Source: Mycobacterium sp. (GTDB lineage: Bacteria; Actinomycetota; Actinomycetes; Mycobacteriales; Mycobacteriaceae). From it: a stretch of 64,000 nt of DNA. Numbering within the stretch: position 1 is the first letter of the stretch; each line of letters starts with the position of its first letter. Shown piece by piece: positions 24,311 through 35,450 of this stretch. Position numbers and translations under genes: made by a program. The stretch spans positions 23,949-87,948 of the forward strand of contig NZ_DATFYW010000205.1 of NCBI RefSeq assembly GCF_035314905.1, in the 5' to 3' direction. The notes beneath the pieces were generated by a model that worked only from the letters and a program-made list of their open reading frames with translations, ran no database searches and was not told the origin of the DNA.

Positions 24311-25573
24311 GTGACGCACGCAACTGCCCATGAGATCGGCCTTCCGCGTGGAGTCCGGGGAGCCGCAGATCCGCATTTCGCGTGCGCGATCCGCAGCTTC
24401 GCGAACTTGTTCCCGGGCCGCCGTTTCGGTGGCGGGGCGCTGGCGGTGTACCTCGACGGCCGCCCGGTCGTCGACGTGTGGACGGGCTGGTCAGACCGCG
24501 ACGGCGAGGTGCCCTGGGACGCCGACACCGGGGCGATGGTGTTTTCCGCGACGAAGGGGATGGCCTCCACCGTCATTCACCGGCTGGCCGACCGCGGGCT
24601 GCTCGATTATGACGCGCCCGTTGCAAAGTACTGGCCGGAGTTCGGGGTGAACGGCAAGGCCGGCATCACGGTTCGCGACGCGATGCGGCACCGGGCGGGC
24701 CTGTCGCATCTGAACGGCGTCAGGAAGGAAGAACTGCTCGACCACCGTCTGATGGAGGAACGCATAGCGACCGCGCCCGCAAGCCGGCTGGTCGGCATTC
24801 CGGCCTACCACGCGCTGACGTACGGCTGGTTGATGTCCGGCTTGGCACGCGCGGTGACGGGCAGGGGCATGCGCGACTTGATCCGCACGGAGGTGGCGCA
24901 GCCGCTCAACACAGATGGGCTGCATCTGGGCCGACCGCCCGCCCATACGTCGACCAAAGCGGCCCAGATCCTGGCGCCGCAAAGCACAAAGGCCAACGCG
25001 CTGTTCAACTTCGTCGCGCCCAAGATCGCCGCACTGTGGTTCTCCAGCGGATTCGGCGCGATGTACTTCCCCGGCATGAAGGCCGTTGTGCAAGGCGAGA
25101 TCCCGTTCCTCGACAGCGAGGCGCCGGCAGCCAACGGCGTTGCGACCGCGCGCGGCCTGGCGAAGATGTACGGGGCGATCGCGAACGGCGGGCGCATCGA
25201 CGGAATGCGGTTCCTGTCCACGGACTTGGTACGCAACATGACGGGCAAGCCCAGCTTCAGGCCCGACTTCAACATCATGGTGCCGCTGTCCTGGCACCTC
25301 GGCTATCACGCGGTGCCGTTCCCAGGTGTGATGCCAGGCTTCGGGCATGCCGGCCTGGGAGGCTCGATCGGGTGGGCGGACCCGGCGAGCGGTATGTCGT
25401 TCGGATTCGTGCACAACCGACTGCTCACGCCGATGCTCCTGGACCAGGTCAGCTTCGTCGGGGTCGCCGCGCTGCTGCGCCGCGGGGCCCAGGCGGCGCG
25501 CAGGCGCGGCCCACAGACCGTGCCCGAGTTCGGTGCCCCGTACCCGGAACCGCCCGGGGTGGCGGCGGGGTAG
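24311..25573 (+). CDS. lipL: Serine hydrolase, beta-lactamase fold (LipL-like esterase)
   Basis: FSATKG (SxxK), YHALTYG, FGHAGLGGSIGWADP. Confidence 0.85.
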   Translation: MTHATAHEIGLPRGVRGAADPHFACAIRSFANLFPGRRFGGGALAVYLDGRPVVDVWTGWSDRDGEVPWDADTGAMVFSATKGMASTVIHRLADRGLLDYDAPVAKYWPEFGVNGKAGITVRDAMRHRAGLSHLNGVRKEELLDHRLMEERIATAPASRLVGIPAYHALTYGWLMSGLARAVTGRGMRDLIRTEVAQPLNTDGLHLGRPPAHTSTKAAQILAPQSTKANALFNFVAPKIAALWFSSGFGAMYFPGMKAVVQGEIPFLDSEAPAANGVATARGLAKMYGAIANGGRIDGMRFLSTDLVRNMTGKPSFRPDFNIMVPLSWHLGYHAVPFPGVMPGFGHAGLGGSIGWADPASGMSFGFVHNRLLTPMLLDQVSFVGVAALLRRGAQAARRRGPQTVPEFGAPYPEPPGVAAG

Positions 25574-25934
25574 TCGCGTTACGCGAATACATGCTCGAGG
25601 CGACGTTCGCGATGGCCATGTCGTCGTCGAGCTGATTGTCGGCGAACTCGTGCAAGAACAACAAGTCCGAGCTAATGTCATGGCCGACAAAACCGGGAGC
25701 GCCCCCGCTCAGCGAACCCACCAAGGAGAGGTGACTCCCGTGATACCCCAGTCATCGCGTGCACGCTGCCGCAAGTCGTCGCGAACTACGCGAGCACGTC
25801 GAGTCAGTTCATCGGCGGCCTTGCCGCGCAGCCGGGTGAGATTCTGGCGGGCGTGGGCAACTACGCCGCCTTCCCGGGGGCAGGTGGCGAAGGCCTGGAC
25901 GCACCCGTTCAAGCCCTGACAAAGACGAATAACG

Positions 25935-25967
25935 GCCGGTACCTCATTTGCGAGGTACCGGCTTTTT
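25935..25967 (+). terminator. Intrinsic terminator upstream of the ileS promoter
   Basis: Perfect 11-bp stem GCCGGTACCTC/GAGGTACCGGC, 6-nt loop, then TTTTT. Confidence 0.8.
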
Positions 25968-26003
25968 AGTTTGCGGTGCTTCGGCCCGTTAGAATCGAGG
26001 TAA

Positions 26004-26180
26004 CGGCACCGATCCGGCCATCACCGGGGAGCCTTCGGAAGAACAGCCCGAACAGCCCAGTAGACCCGAACGGGTGGGCCCGTCACAGCCCGCGCATGAG
26101 TGGCCGCGCGCCAGCGCGCGGCAAGCGGGGTGGTACCGCGGCGCTCGCGCAACCGCGCGTCGTCGTCCCCGTGCCTTGAC
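26004..26180 (+). promoter_or_regulatory. Actinobacterial translational ileS T-box riboswitch
   Basis: Short stem I with Ile specifier ATC (26020-26022); stem II GAAGAAC..AGTAGA; T-box AAGCGGGGTGGTACCGCG at 26123-26140; -10 TAGAAT at 25990. Confidence 0.92.
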
Positions 26181-26206
26181 CGACACATGGGCACAGGAGA
26201 CGCGGC

Positions 26207-29200
26207 GTGACGGAAACCGGCTATCCGCGCACCGAGCTGGGCGCCGACCAGCGCGGCGGCTCGCCGAATTTTCCGGCGCTCGAACTGCAAGTGCTGGATT
26301 ACTGGCGGGCCGACGACACCTTCCGCGCCAGCATCGCCCGCCGCGACGGCGCCCCGGAGTACGTGTTCTACGACGGGCCGCCGTTCGCCAACGGGCTGCC
26401 GCACTACGGGCACCTGCTGACCGGCTACGTCAAGGACATCGTCCCGCGCTACCGCACGATGCGCGGCTACAAGGTGGAGCGCCGGTTCGGCTGGGACACT
26501 CACGGCCTGCCTGCCGAACTCGAGGTGGAGCGCCAACTCGGCATCACCGACAAGTCGCAGATCGACGCGATGGGCATCGCGGAGTTCAACGAGGCCTGCC
26601 GCGAATCGGTGCTGCGCTACACCGGCGAATGGCGCACCTATGTCACCCGCCAGGCCCGGTGGGTCGACTTCGACAACGACTACAAGACGCTCGACCTCGG
26701 CTACATGGAGTCGGTGATCTGGGCGTTCAAGCAGCTCTGGGACGCCGGCCTGGCCTACGAGGGCTATCGCGTGCTGCCGTACTGCTGGCGCGACGAGACG
26801 CCGCTGTCCAACCACGAGTTACGGATGGACGACGACGTCTATCAAAGCCGGCAGGACCCGGCGATCACCGTCGGCTTCAAACTCGTCGGCGGCGAGGACG
26901 CCAAACTGGCCGGCGCCTTCCTGCTCATCTGGACGACAACACCGTGGACACTACCGTCGAACCAGGCCGTCGCTGTGCACCCCGACGTCGAATACGTCCA
27001 GGTGCGATCGGGCGACCGTCGATACCTCCTCGCCCGGGCGCGGCTTGCCGCCTATGCCCGTGAGCTCGGCGAGGAACCCGACGTCATCGCCACCTACCGG
27101 GGAAGTGATCTGCCGGGGTTGCGCTATCTGCCGCCCTTCCCGTATTTCATGGACGCTCCCAACAGCTTTCAGGTGTTGCCCGGCGAATTCGTCACGACCG
27201 AGGACGGCACCGGCATCGTGCACATGTCGCCTGCCTACGGCGAGGACGACAAGGCAGCCGCGGACAGGGCGGGCATCGTTCCGGTCACGCCGGTGGACGC
27301 AAGCGGCCGCTTCGACGCGACCGTGCCGGACTACGAGGGCCAGCATGTCTTCGACGCCAACCCCCAGATCATCCGGGACCTGAAGAACGGCACCGGCTCG
27401 GCGGCGCTCAACGGCGCCGTGCTGCTGCGGCACGAAACCTACGAGCACTCCTACCCGCACTGCTGGCGGTGCCGAAATCCGTTGATCTACCGGGCGGTGT
27501 CGTCATGGTTCGTCAAAGTGTCGGCATTTCGCGATCGGATGGTCGAACTGAACCAGCAGATCACCTGGCACCCCGAGCACGTCAAGGACGGCCAGTTCGG
27601 CAAGTGGCTCGAGGGGGCGCGGGACTGGTCGATCTCCCGCAACCGGTACTGGGGCACGCCGATTCCGGTTTGGAAGTCCGACGACCCCGCGTACCCACGG
27701 ATCGACGTCTACGGGAGTCTGGACGAAATCGAACGCGACTTCGGGGTCCGGCCCACCAACCTGCACCGGCCTCACATCGACCAATTCACCCGGCCCAACC
27801 CGGACGACCCCACCGGTCGCTCGACGATGCGGCGCATCCCCGACATCCTCGACGTCTGGTTCGACTCCGGCTCGATGCCTTACGCCCAGGTGCACTACCC
27901 GTTCGAGAACACGCAGTGGTACCAAACGCACTTCCCGGGTGATTTCATCGTCGAGTACATCGCGCAGACCCGGGGCTGGTTCTACACGCTGCACGTCCTG
28001 GCCACCGCGTTGTTCGACCGGCCCGCCTTCAAAACGTGTGTCGCGCACGGCGTCGTGCTCGGCAACGACGGGCAGAAGATGAGCAAGTCGCTGCGCAACT
28101 ATCCCGATGTGGGGGAGGTCTTCGACCGCGACGGCTCCGATGCGATGCGGTGGTTCCTGATGGCATCACCGATCCTGCGGGGCGGCAACCTGATCGTCAC
28201 CGAGCAGGGTATCCGCGAAGGCGTCCGGCAGGTGCTGCTTCCATTGTGGAACGCCTACAGCTTCCTGGCGCTGTACGCGCCGAGGGTCGGCACCTGGCGA
28301 ATCAACTCTTCGCATGTGCTGGACCGCTACATCCTGGCCAAGCTGGCCCAGCTCCGCGACGACCTCACCGCGGCCCTCGACGTCTGCGACATCTCCGGCG
28401 CGTGCGACGAGCTGCGACAATTCACCGAGGCGCTGACGAATTGGTATGTGAGACGGTCACGTTCGCGGTTCTGGGAGGAAGACCCCGACGCGATCGACAC
28501 CCTACACACGGTGTTGGAGGTCACTACGAGGCTTGCGGCGCCACTGCTGCCGCTGACCACCGAGGTGATCTGGCGCGGCCTGACCGGGGAGCGGTCGGTG
28601 CACCTGACCGACTGGCCGGAACCCGGCGATCTACCTGACGAGCCGCAGCTGGTCGCCGACATGGACCTCGTGCGCGAGGTCGCGTCGGCCGCCTCATCGC
28701 TGCGCAAGGCCCACAAGCTGCGGGTGCGGCTGCCGCTGCCCAAACTGACGGTGGCAGTCGAACACCCCGAGCGGCTGGCCCCGTTCATCCACCTGATCGC
28801 CGACGAGCTCAACGTCAAGAGCGTCGAGCTCACCGACGACATCGCCGAATACGGCCGCTTCGAGCTGACCGTGAACGCCCGCGTTGCCGGCCCGCGAATC
28901 GGCAAGGACGTGCAGGCCGCGATCAAGGCCGTGAAGACCGGCGAGGGCGTCGTCAACCCCGACGGCACGCTGACCGCAGGCCCGGCGGTGCTGAGGCCAG
29001 AGGAGTACACGTCACGGCTGGTGGCCGCCGACCCGGAGGTCACCGCGGCGCTTGCCGACGGCGCGGGTCTGGTGGTGCTCGACGCCACCCTCACACCCGA
29101 GCTGGAGGCGGAGGGGTGGGCCAAAGACCGGATCCGCGAGCTGCAGGAACTACGCAAGAACACCGGGCTCGACGTGTCCGACCGGATCAGCGTCGTGATG

Positions 29201-29347
29201 GACGTGCCCGCGCAGCGGGAAGGCTGGGCCCGCACCCATCGCGACCTGATCGCCCGCGAAATCCTCGCGACCAGCTTCGAATTCGCCGAACCCTCCGACG
29301 GCATCGAGATCGGCGACGGCGTCACGGTGTCGATCGCGAAGGCCTGA
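26207..29347 (+). CDS. ileS: Isoleucine--tRNA ligase (type 2)
   Basis: [39 protein letters not shown]. Confidence 0.97.
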   Translation: MTETGYPRTELGADQRGGSPNFPALELQVLDYWRADDTFRASIARRDGAPEYVFYDGPPFANGLPHYGHLLTGYVKDIVPRYRTMRGYKVERRFGWDTHGLPAELEVERQLGITDKSQIDAMGIAEFNEACRESVLRYTGEWRTYVTRQARWVDFDNDYKTLDLGYMESVIWAFKQLWDAGLAYEGYRVLPYCWRDETPLSNHELRMDDDVYQSRQDPAITVGFKLVGGEDAKLAGAFLLIWTTTPWTLPSNQAVAVHPDVEYVQVRSGDRRYLLARARLAAYARELGEEPDVIATYRGSDLPGLRYLPPFPYFMDAPNSFQVLPGEFVTTEDGTGIVHMSPAYGEDDKAAADRAGIVPVTPVDASGRFDATVPDYEGQHVFDANPQIIRDLKNGTGSAALNGAVLLRHETYEHSYPHCWRCRNPLIYRAVSSWFVKVSAFRDRMVELNQQITWHPEHVKDGQFGKWLEGARDWSISRNRYWGTPIPVWKSDDPAYPRIDVYGSLDEIERDFGVRPTNLHRPHIDQFTRPNPDDPTGRSTMRRIPDILDVWFDSGSMPYAQVHYPFENTQWYQTHFPGDFIVEYIAQTRGWFYTLHVLATALFDRPAFKTCVAHGVVLGNDGQKMSKSLRNYPDVGEVFDRDGSDAMRWFLMASPILRGGNLIVTEQGIREGVRQVLLPLWNAYSFLALYAPRVGTWRINSSHVLDRYILAKLAQLRDDLTAALDVCDISGACDELRQFTEALTNWYVRRSRSRFWEEDPDAIDTLHTVLEVTTRLAAPLLPLTTEVIWRGLTGERSVHLTDWPEPGDLPDEPQLVADMDLVREVASAASSLRKAHKLRVRLPLPKLTVAVEHPERLAPFIHLIADELNVKSVELTDDIAEYGRFELTVNARVAGPRIGKDVQAAIKAVKTGEGVVNPDGTLTAGPAVLRPEEYTSRLVAADPEVTAALADGAGLVVLDATLTPELEAEGWAKDRIRELQELRKNTGLDVSDRISVVMDVPAQREGWARTHRDLIAREILATSFEFAEPSDGIEIGDGVTVSIAKA

Positions 29348-29903
29348 CCGCCTTCCAGCGCTGCTCGCCTCCGGCGACCCCGACCCGCACGTCGGTGAAG
29401 CCGGCGCGCCGCAACCGGTCGGGCAGCCCATCCGGCGGCACCGGGTTGTAGGTGTCGGCAATGTGGGCGAGCCGGAACGACAGCGACGGGACGCCGTCGC
29501 TGCCCGCGAACACCCCGCCCGGTCGCAGCACCCGGAACGCCTCGGCGAACAGCTGGTCCTGCAGCGGCGGCGTCGGCACATGGTGCAGCATCGTGAAGCA
29601 CACCACCGAACTGAACTCGGCCCCGGCCAACCCTGTGTCGGTGCCGTCGCCGTGGATGATCCGGGCGCGGCTCCCGTACTTGCGCGCGAGCCGCTCGGCC
29701 AGTCCCCGGTCGATCTCCAGTGCCGTCAGCGTCGCTGTCCTGTCGACGAGCGCCCTGAGGTTGGCGCCGTAGCCAGGACCGATCTCCAGGGTGTTCTCGC
29801 CGAGATCGACGCCGCGCAACACCCAGGGGAGCAGCTTCTGCTCGACCGTCGTCGCCCAGTAAACCGAACCGCAACACAGCCGGTGGACCAGATTCATCGC
29901 CAT
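29322..29903 (-). CDS. Class I SAM-dependent methyltransferase
   Basis: LEIGPGYGA motif [24 protein letters not shown]; SD aagga. Confidence 0.88.
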   Translation of the reverse strand: MAMNLVHRLCCGSVYWATTVEQKLLPWVLRGVDLGENTLEIGPGYGANLRALVDRTATLTALEIDRGLAERLARKYGSRARIIHGDGTDTGLAGAEFSSVVCFTMLHHVPTPPLQDQLFAEAFRVLRPGGVFAGSDGVPSLSFRLAHIADTYNPVPPDGLPDRLRRAGFTDVRVGVAGGEQRWKAVRPSRSTP

Positions 29904-29924
29904 AGTTGTCCTTAGCATGACCGC

Positions 29925-31301
29925 GTGGCTGATCGTTGGGTGCTGCACCTCGACATGGACGCGTTCTTCGCCTCCGTCGAGCAGCTGACCAGGCCCACAC
30001 TGCGCGGCCGCCCCGTGCTCGTCGGCGGTCTCGGCGGTCGCGGCGTCGTCGCCGGTGCCAGCTACGAAGCCCGCGCCTTCGGTGCCCGCTCGGCGATGCC
30101 GATGCACCAGGCTCGACGGCTCGTCGGCATCCACGCGGTCGTGCTCCCGCCGCGCGGGGTCGTCTACGGGGTCGCCAGCCGGCGCGTCCTCGACACCGTC
30201 CGCGGTGTCATGCCGGTCGTCGAGCAGCTGTCCTACGACGAGGCCTTCGGTGAGCCAACCGAACTCGCCGGCGCGCCCGCCGAGGATGTCGAGCGGTTCT
30301 GCCAGCAGCTGCGGGCCAGGGTGCGCTCCGAGACGGGCCTCGTCGCGTCGGTCGGCGCCGGGTCCGGGAAGCAGATCGCCAAGATCGCGTCGGGACTGGC
30401 CAAGCCCGACGGCATCCGGGTGATCCGCCGCGACGAGGAACGACCGCTGCTCGACGGACTGCCGGTACGCCGGCTGTGGGGGATAGGCCCGGTCGCCGAG
30501 GACAAACTTCACCGACTCGGCATTCAAACCATCGGCCAGCTGGCCGCGCTCACCGACGCCGAGGCGGCCAACATCCTCGGCGCGACGGTCGGTCCCGCGC
30601 TGCACCGCCTCGCCCGGGGCATCGACGACCGCCCCGTCACCGAACGCGCCGAGGCCAAACAGATCAGCGCCGAGTCGACGTTCCCCGAAGACCTGACCAC
30701 ATTGGAGCAGCTGCACGACGCTGTCGGACCCATCGGCGAACATGCGCATGAGCGGCTGCTGCGCGACGGCCGCGGGGCCCGCACCGTCACGGTGAAGCTG
30801 AAGAAGTCGGACATGGGCACGCTGACGCGCTCGGCGACGCTGCCGTACGCGACCGCGGATGCGGGCACGCTGATCGCGGCGGCCCGCCGCCTGGTGCTCG
30901 ACCCTGTCGATATCGGGCCCATCCGCCTTCTCGGCGTGGGCTTTTCGGGCCTGAGCGAAGTCCGGCAGGAGTCGCTGTTTCCCGACCTGGAGCAGTGGAA
31001 CGACGAGCAGACCGACACGCACCCGGCCGCTGCGGCCGTGGCCCAGCCGTCGGGATGGCGCGTCGGCGACGACGTGCACCACGATCAGCGCGGGCACGGG
31101 TGGATCCAGGGCGCGGGCCACGGCGTGATGACCGTGCGGTTCGAGACCCGGGCCAGCGGCCCGGGGCCCGCGCGGACCTTCGCCGCGGACACCCCCGGCG
31201 TGACGAGGGCCAACCCGGTCGACAGCCTGGACTGGCCGGAGTTCGTCAACGGCCTTCTCGACGACTCAGCCCCAGCGGGCGACGACGTCGTCGACCGGTG
31301 A
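29925..31301 (+). CDS. dinB: DNA polymerase IV (DinB1/DinX)
   Basis: [44 protein letters not shown]. Confidence 0.95.
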   Translation: MADRWVLHLDMDAFFASVEQLTRPTLRGRPVLVGGLGGRGVVAGASYEARAFGARSAMPMHQARRLVGIHAVVLPPRGVVYGVASRRVLDTVRGVMPVVEQLSYDEAFGEPTELAGAPAEDVERFCQQLRARVRSETGLVASVGAGSGKQIAKIASGLAKPDGIRVIRRDEERPLLDGLPVRRLWGIGPVAEDKLHRLGIQTIGQLAALTDAEAANILGATVGPALHRLARGIDDRPVTERAEAKQISAESTFPEDLTTLEQLHDAVGPIGEHAHERLLRDGRGARTVTVKLKKSDMGTLTRSATLPYATADAGTLIAAARRLVLDPVDIGPIRLLGVGFSGLSEVRQESLFPDLEQWNDEQTDTHPAAAAVAQPSGWRVGDDVHHDQRGHGWIQGAGHGVMTVRFETRASGPGPARTFAADTPGVTRANPVDSLDWPEFVNGLLDDSAPAGDDVVDR

Positions 31302-32153
31302 ACCGGTGGCCAACGCTGCCATCAGCAGCACCCTGGCCTGCGGCGGCCGCAGCCGCGGCACCACCACCGCGCCGGCCTCGACCAGTTCGCGGCCCGGCCC
31401 GTATCTCGGGGCGACGCGACCGTTCGGCACCCTCGTCGACACCGCCACCGCGACACCGGCGGCGCAATGCCGTCGCACCGCTTCGACCATCTGCGGCCCG
31501 GCGTTGCCGGCGCCCATCGCCTCGAGCACGACGCCCCGCGCCCCGGCAGCGACCACGGCGTCCACCGCCACTCCATCCGCGCCCAGATAGCACGCCACCA
31601 CATCGACCCGCGGCGCCGACGCCGCGGACGCCTCGCCGAGAAACGGCCGCTCCTTGGCGTCGGTGATCCGCGGACCGGTGAAACCACCCGCCACCTTGTG
31701 CGTGCCCAGCGGCGCGAGCACCGCGCCGCCGAAGCTGATCTGCACCCCCAGGCCCCGTGCGGCGGGGCTGGCCGCCAACGCCACCGCGTCACGCAAGTTC
31801 CGCGGCCCGTCGGCATCGGGTGCGTCGGCGCTCTTGGCGGCGCCTGTCAGCACGATCGGCGCCTCACCGCCGTAGGTCAGGTCCAGCCACAGCGCGGTCT
31901 CCTCAAGGGTGTCGGTGCCGTGGGTGACCACGACGCCGTCGGCGCCCGAGGCCACCGCGTCCGACACCGCGGCAGAGATCCGGTCCCAGTCCGCCGTTGT
32001 CAGCTGCGAGCTGTCCTTGGCCATCAGGTCCACGACGCGTGCGTCGGACCCGGCCAGCAACTCCGCGCCGGTGCGCGAGGGACGCAGCACACCGCTGTCG
32101 TCGGCGGCCGACGCGATCGTCCCGCCGGTGGTGACGACGACAATGCCGCTCAT
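31266..32153 (-). CDS. ansA: L-asparaginase
   Basis: [22 protein letters not shown]. Confidence 0.92.
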   Translation of the reverse strand: MSGIVVVTTGGTIASAADDSGVLRPSRTGAELLAGSDARVVDLMAKDSSQLTTADWDRISAAVSDAVASGADGVVVTHGTDTLEETALWLDLTYGGEAPIVLTGAAKSADAPDADGPRNLRDAVALAASPAARGLGVQISFGGAVLAPLGTHKVAGGFTGPRITDAKERPFLGEASAASAPRVDVVACYLGADGVAVDAVVAAGARGVVLEAMGAGNAGPQMVEAVRRHCAAGVAVAVSTRVPNGRVAPRYGPGRELVEAGAVVVPRLRPPQARVLLMAALATGSPVDDVVARWG

Positions 32154-32196
32154 GGCCGACCATCCTTCCCCATCCGCCCTGGGGGATGATGGACCC

Positions 32197-32790
32197 GTGA
32201 CCGACGAATCCGACGCGCGCCCGAACCGACGGGTGCGGCTGCTGCTGACGGTCGCGGCGGTGATCCTGGTGCTCGACATCGTCACCAAGGTGCTCGCCGT
32301 GCGGCTGCTCACGCCCGGGCAGCCCGTGTCGATCATCGGCGACACCGTGACCTGGACACTGGTGCGGAACTCCGGTGCCGCGTTCTCGATGGCCACCGGA
32401 TACACGTGGGTGCTGACCCTGATCGCGACCGGCGTGGTGATCGGCATCATCTGGATGGGCCGGCGGTTGGTTTCGCCGTGGTGGGCCATCGGCCTCGGCA
32501 TGATCCTGGGCGGGGCGATGGGCAACCTCGTCGACCGGTTCTTCCGGTCGCCCGGACCGCTGCGCGGCCACGTCGTGGACTTCCTGTCGATCGGCTGGTG
32601 GCCGGTGTTCAACGTCGCGGACCCATCCGTGGTGGGCGGCGCGGTCTTCTTGGTGGCGTTGTCGCTGTTCGGTTTCGAGTTCGACACCGTTGGCCGGCGT
32701 AAAGCGGGCAACGAACCAGGCGCCGGCGGCCGTCATGGGCGCGCCGACGAATCCGACACCACGGGGCAGCGCAAGGCCGATCGGCCCTGA
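32197..32790 (+). CDS. lspA: Lipoprotein signal peptidase II
   Basis: [31 protein letters not shown]. Confidence 0.95.
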   Translation: MTDESDARPNRRVRLLLTVAAVILVLDIVTKVLAVRLLTPGQPVSIIGDTVTWTLVRNSGAAFSMATGYTWVLTLIATGVVIGIIWMGRRLVSPWWAIGLGMILGGAMGNLVDRFFRSPGPLRGHVVDFLSIGWWPVFNVADPSVVGGAVFLVALSLFGFEFDTVGRRKAGNEPGAGGRHGRADESDTTGQRKADRP

Positions 32791-33719
32791 TGGCCGAGCG
32801 GGCGATGCCGGTCCCCGAGGGGCTGGCCGGAATGCGCGTCGACGCCGGGCTGTCGCGGCTGCTCGGCCTGTCACGTTCGGCGGTCGCGGCACTCGCCGAA
32901 GAAGGCGGCGTGGAGATCGACGGCCGGCAAGCCGGCAAGTCCGACCGGTTGACGTCCGGCGCGTGGCTCGAGGTGCAGCTACCTGATGAACTCCCGGCGC
33001 CGGAGAACCGCGCCGAAACCGTCGAGGGCATGACGATCCTCTACGCCGACAACGACATCGTCGCCGTCGACAAGCCCGCAGGAGTCGCCGCGCACGCCTC
33101 GGTCGGTTGGACCGGGCCGACGGTGCTCGGTGGGCTGGCCGCCGCCGGCTTCCGGATCACCACATCGGGGGTGCACGAGCGGCAGGGCATCGTGCAGCGG
33201 CTCGACGTCGGGACCTCGGGTGTGATGGTGGTGGCGATTTCGGAGCGGGCCTACACGGTGCTCAAGCGCGCGTTCAAGCAGCGCACCGTCGACAAGCGCT
33301 ACCACGCGCTGGTGCAGGGGCACCCGGACCCGTCAAGCGGCACGATCGACGCGCCGATCGGCAGGCACCGCGGACACGACTGGAAGTTCGCCGTCACCGA
33401 GCGCGGCAGGCACAGCGTCACCCACTACGACACGATCGAGGCGTTTCCCGCGGCCAGCCTGCTCGACGTCCATCTGGAAACCGGCCGGACGCACCAGATC
33501 CGCGTGCACTTCGCGGCGCTGCACCACCCCTGTGCCGGCGACCTGACCTACGGCGCCGACCCGACTCTGGCGAAAAAACTCGGGCTGGAACATCAATGGC
33601 TGCACGCCAGGTCGCTGACCTTCTCGCACCCCGCCGACGGCCGCCGCATGGAGATCACCGCGCCCTACCCGCCGGACCTGCAGCACGCGCTCGACGTGCT
33701 GCGCGGAGTCGACGCGTGA
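32790..33719 (+). CDS. RluA/RluD-family pseudouridine synthase
   Basis: S4 domain, [31 protein letters not shown]. Confidence 0.95.
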   Translation: MAERAMPVPEGLAGMRVDAGLSRLLGLSRSAVAALAEEGGVEIDGRQAGKSDRLTSGAWLEVQLPDELPAPENRAETVEGMTILYADNDIVAVDKPAGVAAHASVGWTGPTVLGGLAAAGFRITTSGVHERQGIVQRLDVGTSGVMVVAISERAYTVLKRAFKQRTVDKRYHALVQGHPDPSSGTIDAPIGRHRGHDWKFAVTERGRHSVTHYDTIEAFPAASLLDVHLETGRTHQIRVHFAALHHPCAGDLTYGADPTLAKKLGLEHQWLHARSLTFSHPADGRRMEITAPYPPDLQHALDVLRGVDA

Positions 33720-33742
33720 GCGACACGCGACGCCGGCGACAA

Positions 33743-33769
33743 TGTCGATTTGACGTCGTCCGAATCGTC
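33743..33769 (+). promoter_or_regulatory. Candidate ECF42-type autoregulatory promoter
   Basis: TGTCGA (33743-33748), 17 nt, CGTC (33766-33769); matches the recalled ECF42 consensus -35 TGTCGA / -10 CG(A/T)C. Confidence 0.65.
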
Positions 33770-33816
33770 ATCGCGGTGACAGGCTCGACACCATCGACAC
33801 CACGGAGGACAACATC

Positions 33817-34197
33817 ATGCGGTACTGCCTGCTCATGCACTATCAGGAGGCCGGCGACATCGGGCTGACCGAGGAGGACATGGCCCCAGCGATGGCCGCG
33901 TTCGAGGCCTATGCACGAGATCTCGACGAGGCCGGTGTGCTGCTCACCACCCAGGTGCTCGAGCCGAGTGTCGCGACGACCACAGTCACCGTGCGCAACG
34001 GCACACCCGAAATCCAGGACGGCCCGTTCGCCGAAACCAAGGAACGGCTCGGCGGCGTCTTCGTCATCGACGTCCCCGACCTCGACGGCGCCCTGGACTG
34101 GGCGAAGCGAAACCCGGCCGCACAGTGGGGCTCGATCGAGATCCGCCCCGTCGCCAGGACATACACCAGCGAGCGCGGCGAATGGTTCACGCCGTAG
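33817..34197 (+). CDS. YciI-family (DGPF) protein
   Basis: DGPFAETKERLGG, WGSIEIRP; SD ggagga. Confidence 0.92.
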   Translation: MRYCLLMHYQEAGDIGLTEEDMAPAMAAFEAYARDLDEAGVLLTTQVLEPSVATTTVTVRNGTPEIQDGPFAETKERLGGVFVIDVPDLDGALDWAKRNPAAQWGSIEIRPVARTYTSERGEWFTP

Positions 34198-35438
34198 AGC
34201 AGGTGGTCCGGGATTCCTACGGTCGACTGCTCGCGCTGCTGGCGGCCCCCACCGGGGACATCGCCGCCGCGGAGGACGCCCTCGCCGACGCGTTCGAGCG
34301 GGCGCTGACCCGCTGGCCCGTCGAGGGCGTCCCGGCCAACCCCCCGGCCTGGATCCTGACCGTGGCCCGTAACAGACTGCGCGACCGATGGAAGTCGGCC
34401 GCGTACCGGATGACGGACGAGCTGCGCGAAGCAGACGGCGGCGCGCTGACTTTCGAACCGGTGGACGCCGACGCGATACCCGAGAAGCGACTGGAACTGA
34501 TGCTGGTCTGCGCGCACCCGGCGATTGCCACCTCGATCCGCACGCCGCTGATGCTGCAGACGGTGCTCGGCGTCGACGCCGACGCGATCGCGAAGGCGTT
34601 CGCGGTCCCCGCTGCGGCGATGGCGCAGCGGCTGGTGCGTGCCAAGCGCCGAATCCGTGCCGCGGGAATCCCATTCGTGACACCCGGCCGCGCCGAGCTG
34701 GCCGACCGGCTGCCCGCCGTGCTCGCCGCGGTCTACGGCGCCTATGCGATCGACTGGCAGGCCGACGACTCGCGGACCGAATCGCTGACCGCCGAGGCGC
34801 TGCACCTGGCGCTTCTGCTCGCCGAGCTGCTGCCCGACGAGCCGGAGGTTCTCGGCCTGGCCGCACTGGTCTGCCTGGCGGAGTCGCGGCGACCGGCCCG
34901 GCGCACCGCTGACGGGCGGTTCGTGCCGCTCGACGAGCAGGACCCACTGGCATGGGATGAGTCACTGATCTCGCGCGGCGAGGCCCTGCTGAACCGGGCC
35001 CACGCGTTCGGGCGCCCGGGCCGCTACCAGCTGGAAGCCGCGATCCAGTCGGCACACTGCGCCCGGGCCGCAGCCGTCCGCACCGATTGGACCGCGCTGC
35101 GCAGGCTGCACCGCGGGTTGCTGCGGGTGGCGCCGTCGCTGGGCGCGGCGGTCGCGCTGGCGGCGGTCGAGGCCGAAATCGACGGGCCCGAGGCCGGGCT
35201 GGCGGCGCTCGACGCCATCGAGGACCCAGCCGTGCAGCGGTTCCAGCCCGGGTGGGCTACCCGCGCAGATCTGCTGGCGAAGGCGAAGCGCAGCAGCGAG
35301 GCGGCCGTCGCCTATCGCCGGGCGCTGGGGCTGACCTGCGACGCCCGCGTCGCCGAGTTCCTGAGCCGCCGATCAGCCACGCTGCGGCGCGAGGACACGA
35401 ACGCCGACACGCCGAGAAGCGTCGGTGGGCCGCCATAG
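34182..35438 (+). CDS. ECF sigma factor, ECF42 type, with C-terminal TPR-like extension
   Basis: AEDALADAF..W...AWILTVARNR (sigma2), LMLVCAHP, GRYQLEAAIQ, EAAVAYRRAL; follows a DGPF gene. Confidence 0.88.
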   Translation: MVHAVEQVVRDSYGRLLALLAAPTGDIAAAEDALADAFERALTRWPVEGVPANPPAWILTVARNRLRDRWKSAAYRMTDELREADGGALTFEPVDADAIPEKRLELMLVCAHPAIATSIRTPLMLQTVLGVDADAIAKAFAVPAAAMAQRLVRAKRRIRAAGIPFVTPGRAELADRLPAVLAAVYGAYAIDWQADDSRTESLTAEALHLALLLAELLPDEPEVLGLAALVCLAESRRPARRTADGRFVPLDEQDPLAWDESLISRGEALLNRAHAFGRPGRYQLEAAIQSAHCARAAAVRTDWTALRRLHRGLLRVAPSLGAAVALAAVEAEIDGPEAGLAALDAIEDPAVQRFQPGWATRADLLAKAKRSSEAAVAYRRALGLTCDARVAEFLSRRSATLRREDTNADTPRSVGGPP

Positions 35439-35450
35439 ACTGGCGTCCCT

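Noticed and set aside
29904-29924. SOS box upstream of dinB
   Set aside because: No GAAC-N4-GTTC is present, consistent with mycobacterial dinB1 not being LexA-regulated.
29904-31121. Long N-terminal extension of the methyltransferase ORF (599 aa in the track)
   Set aside because: The extension is antisense to dinB; the real start with an SD is ATG 29903.
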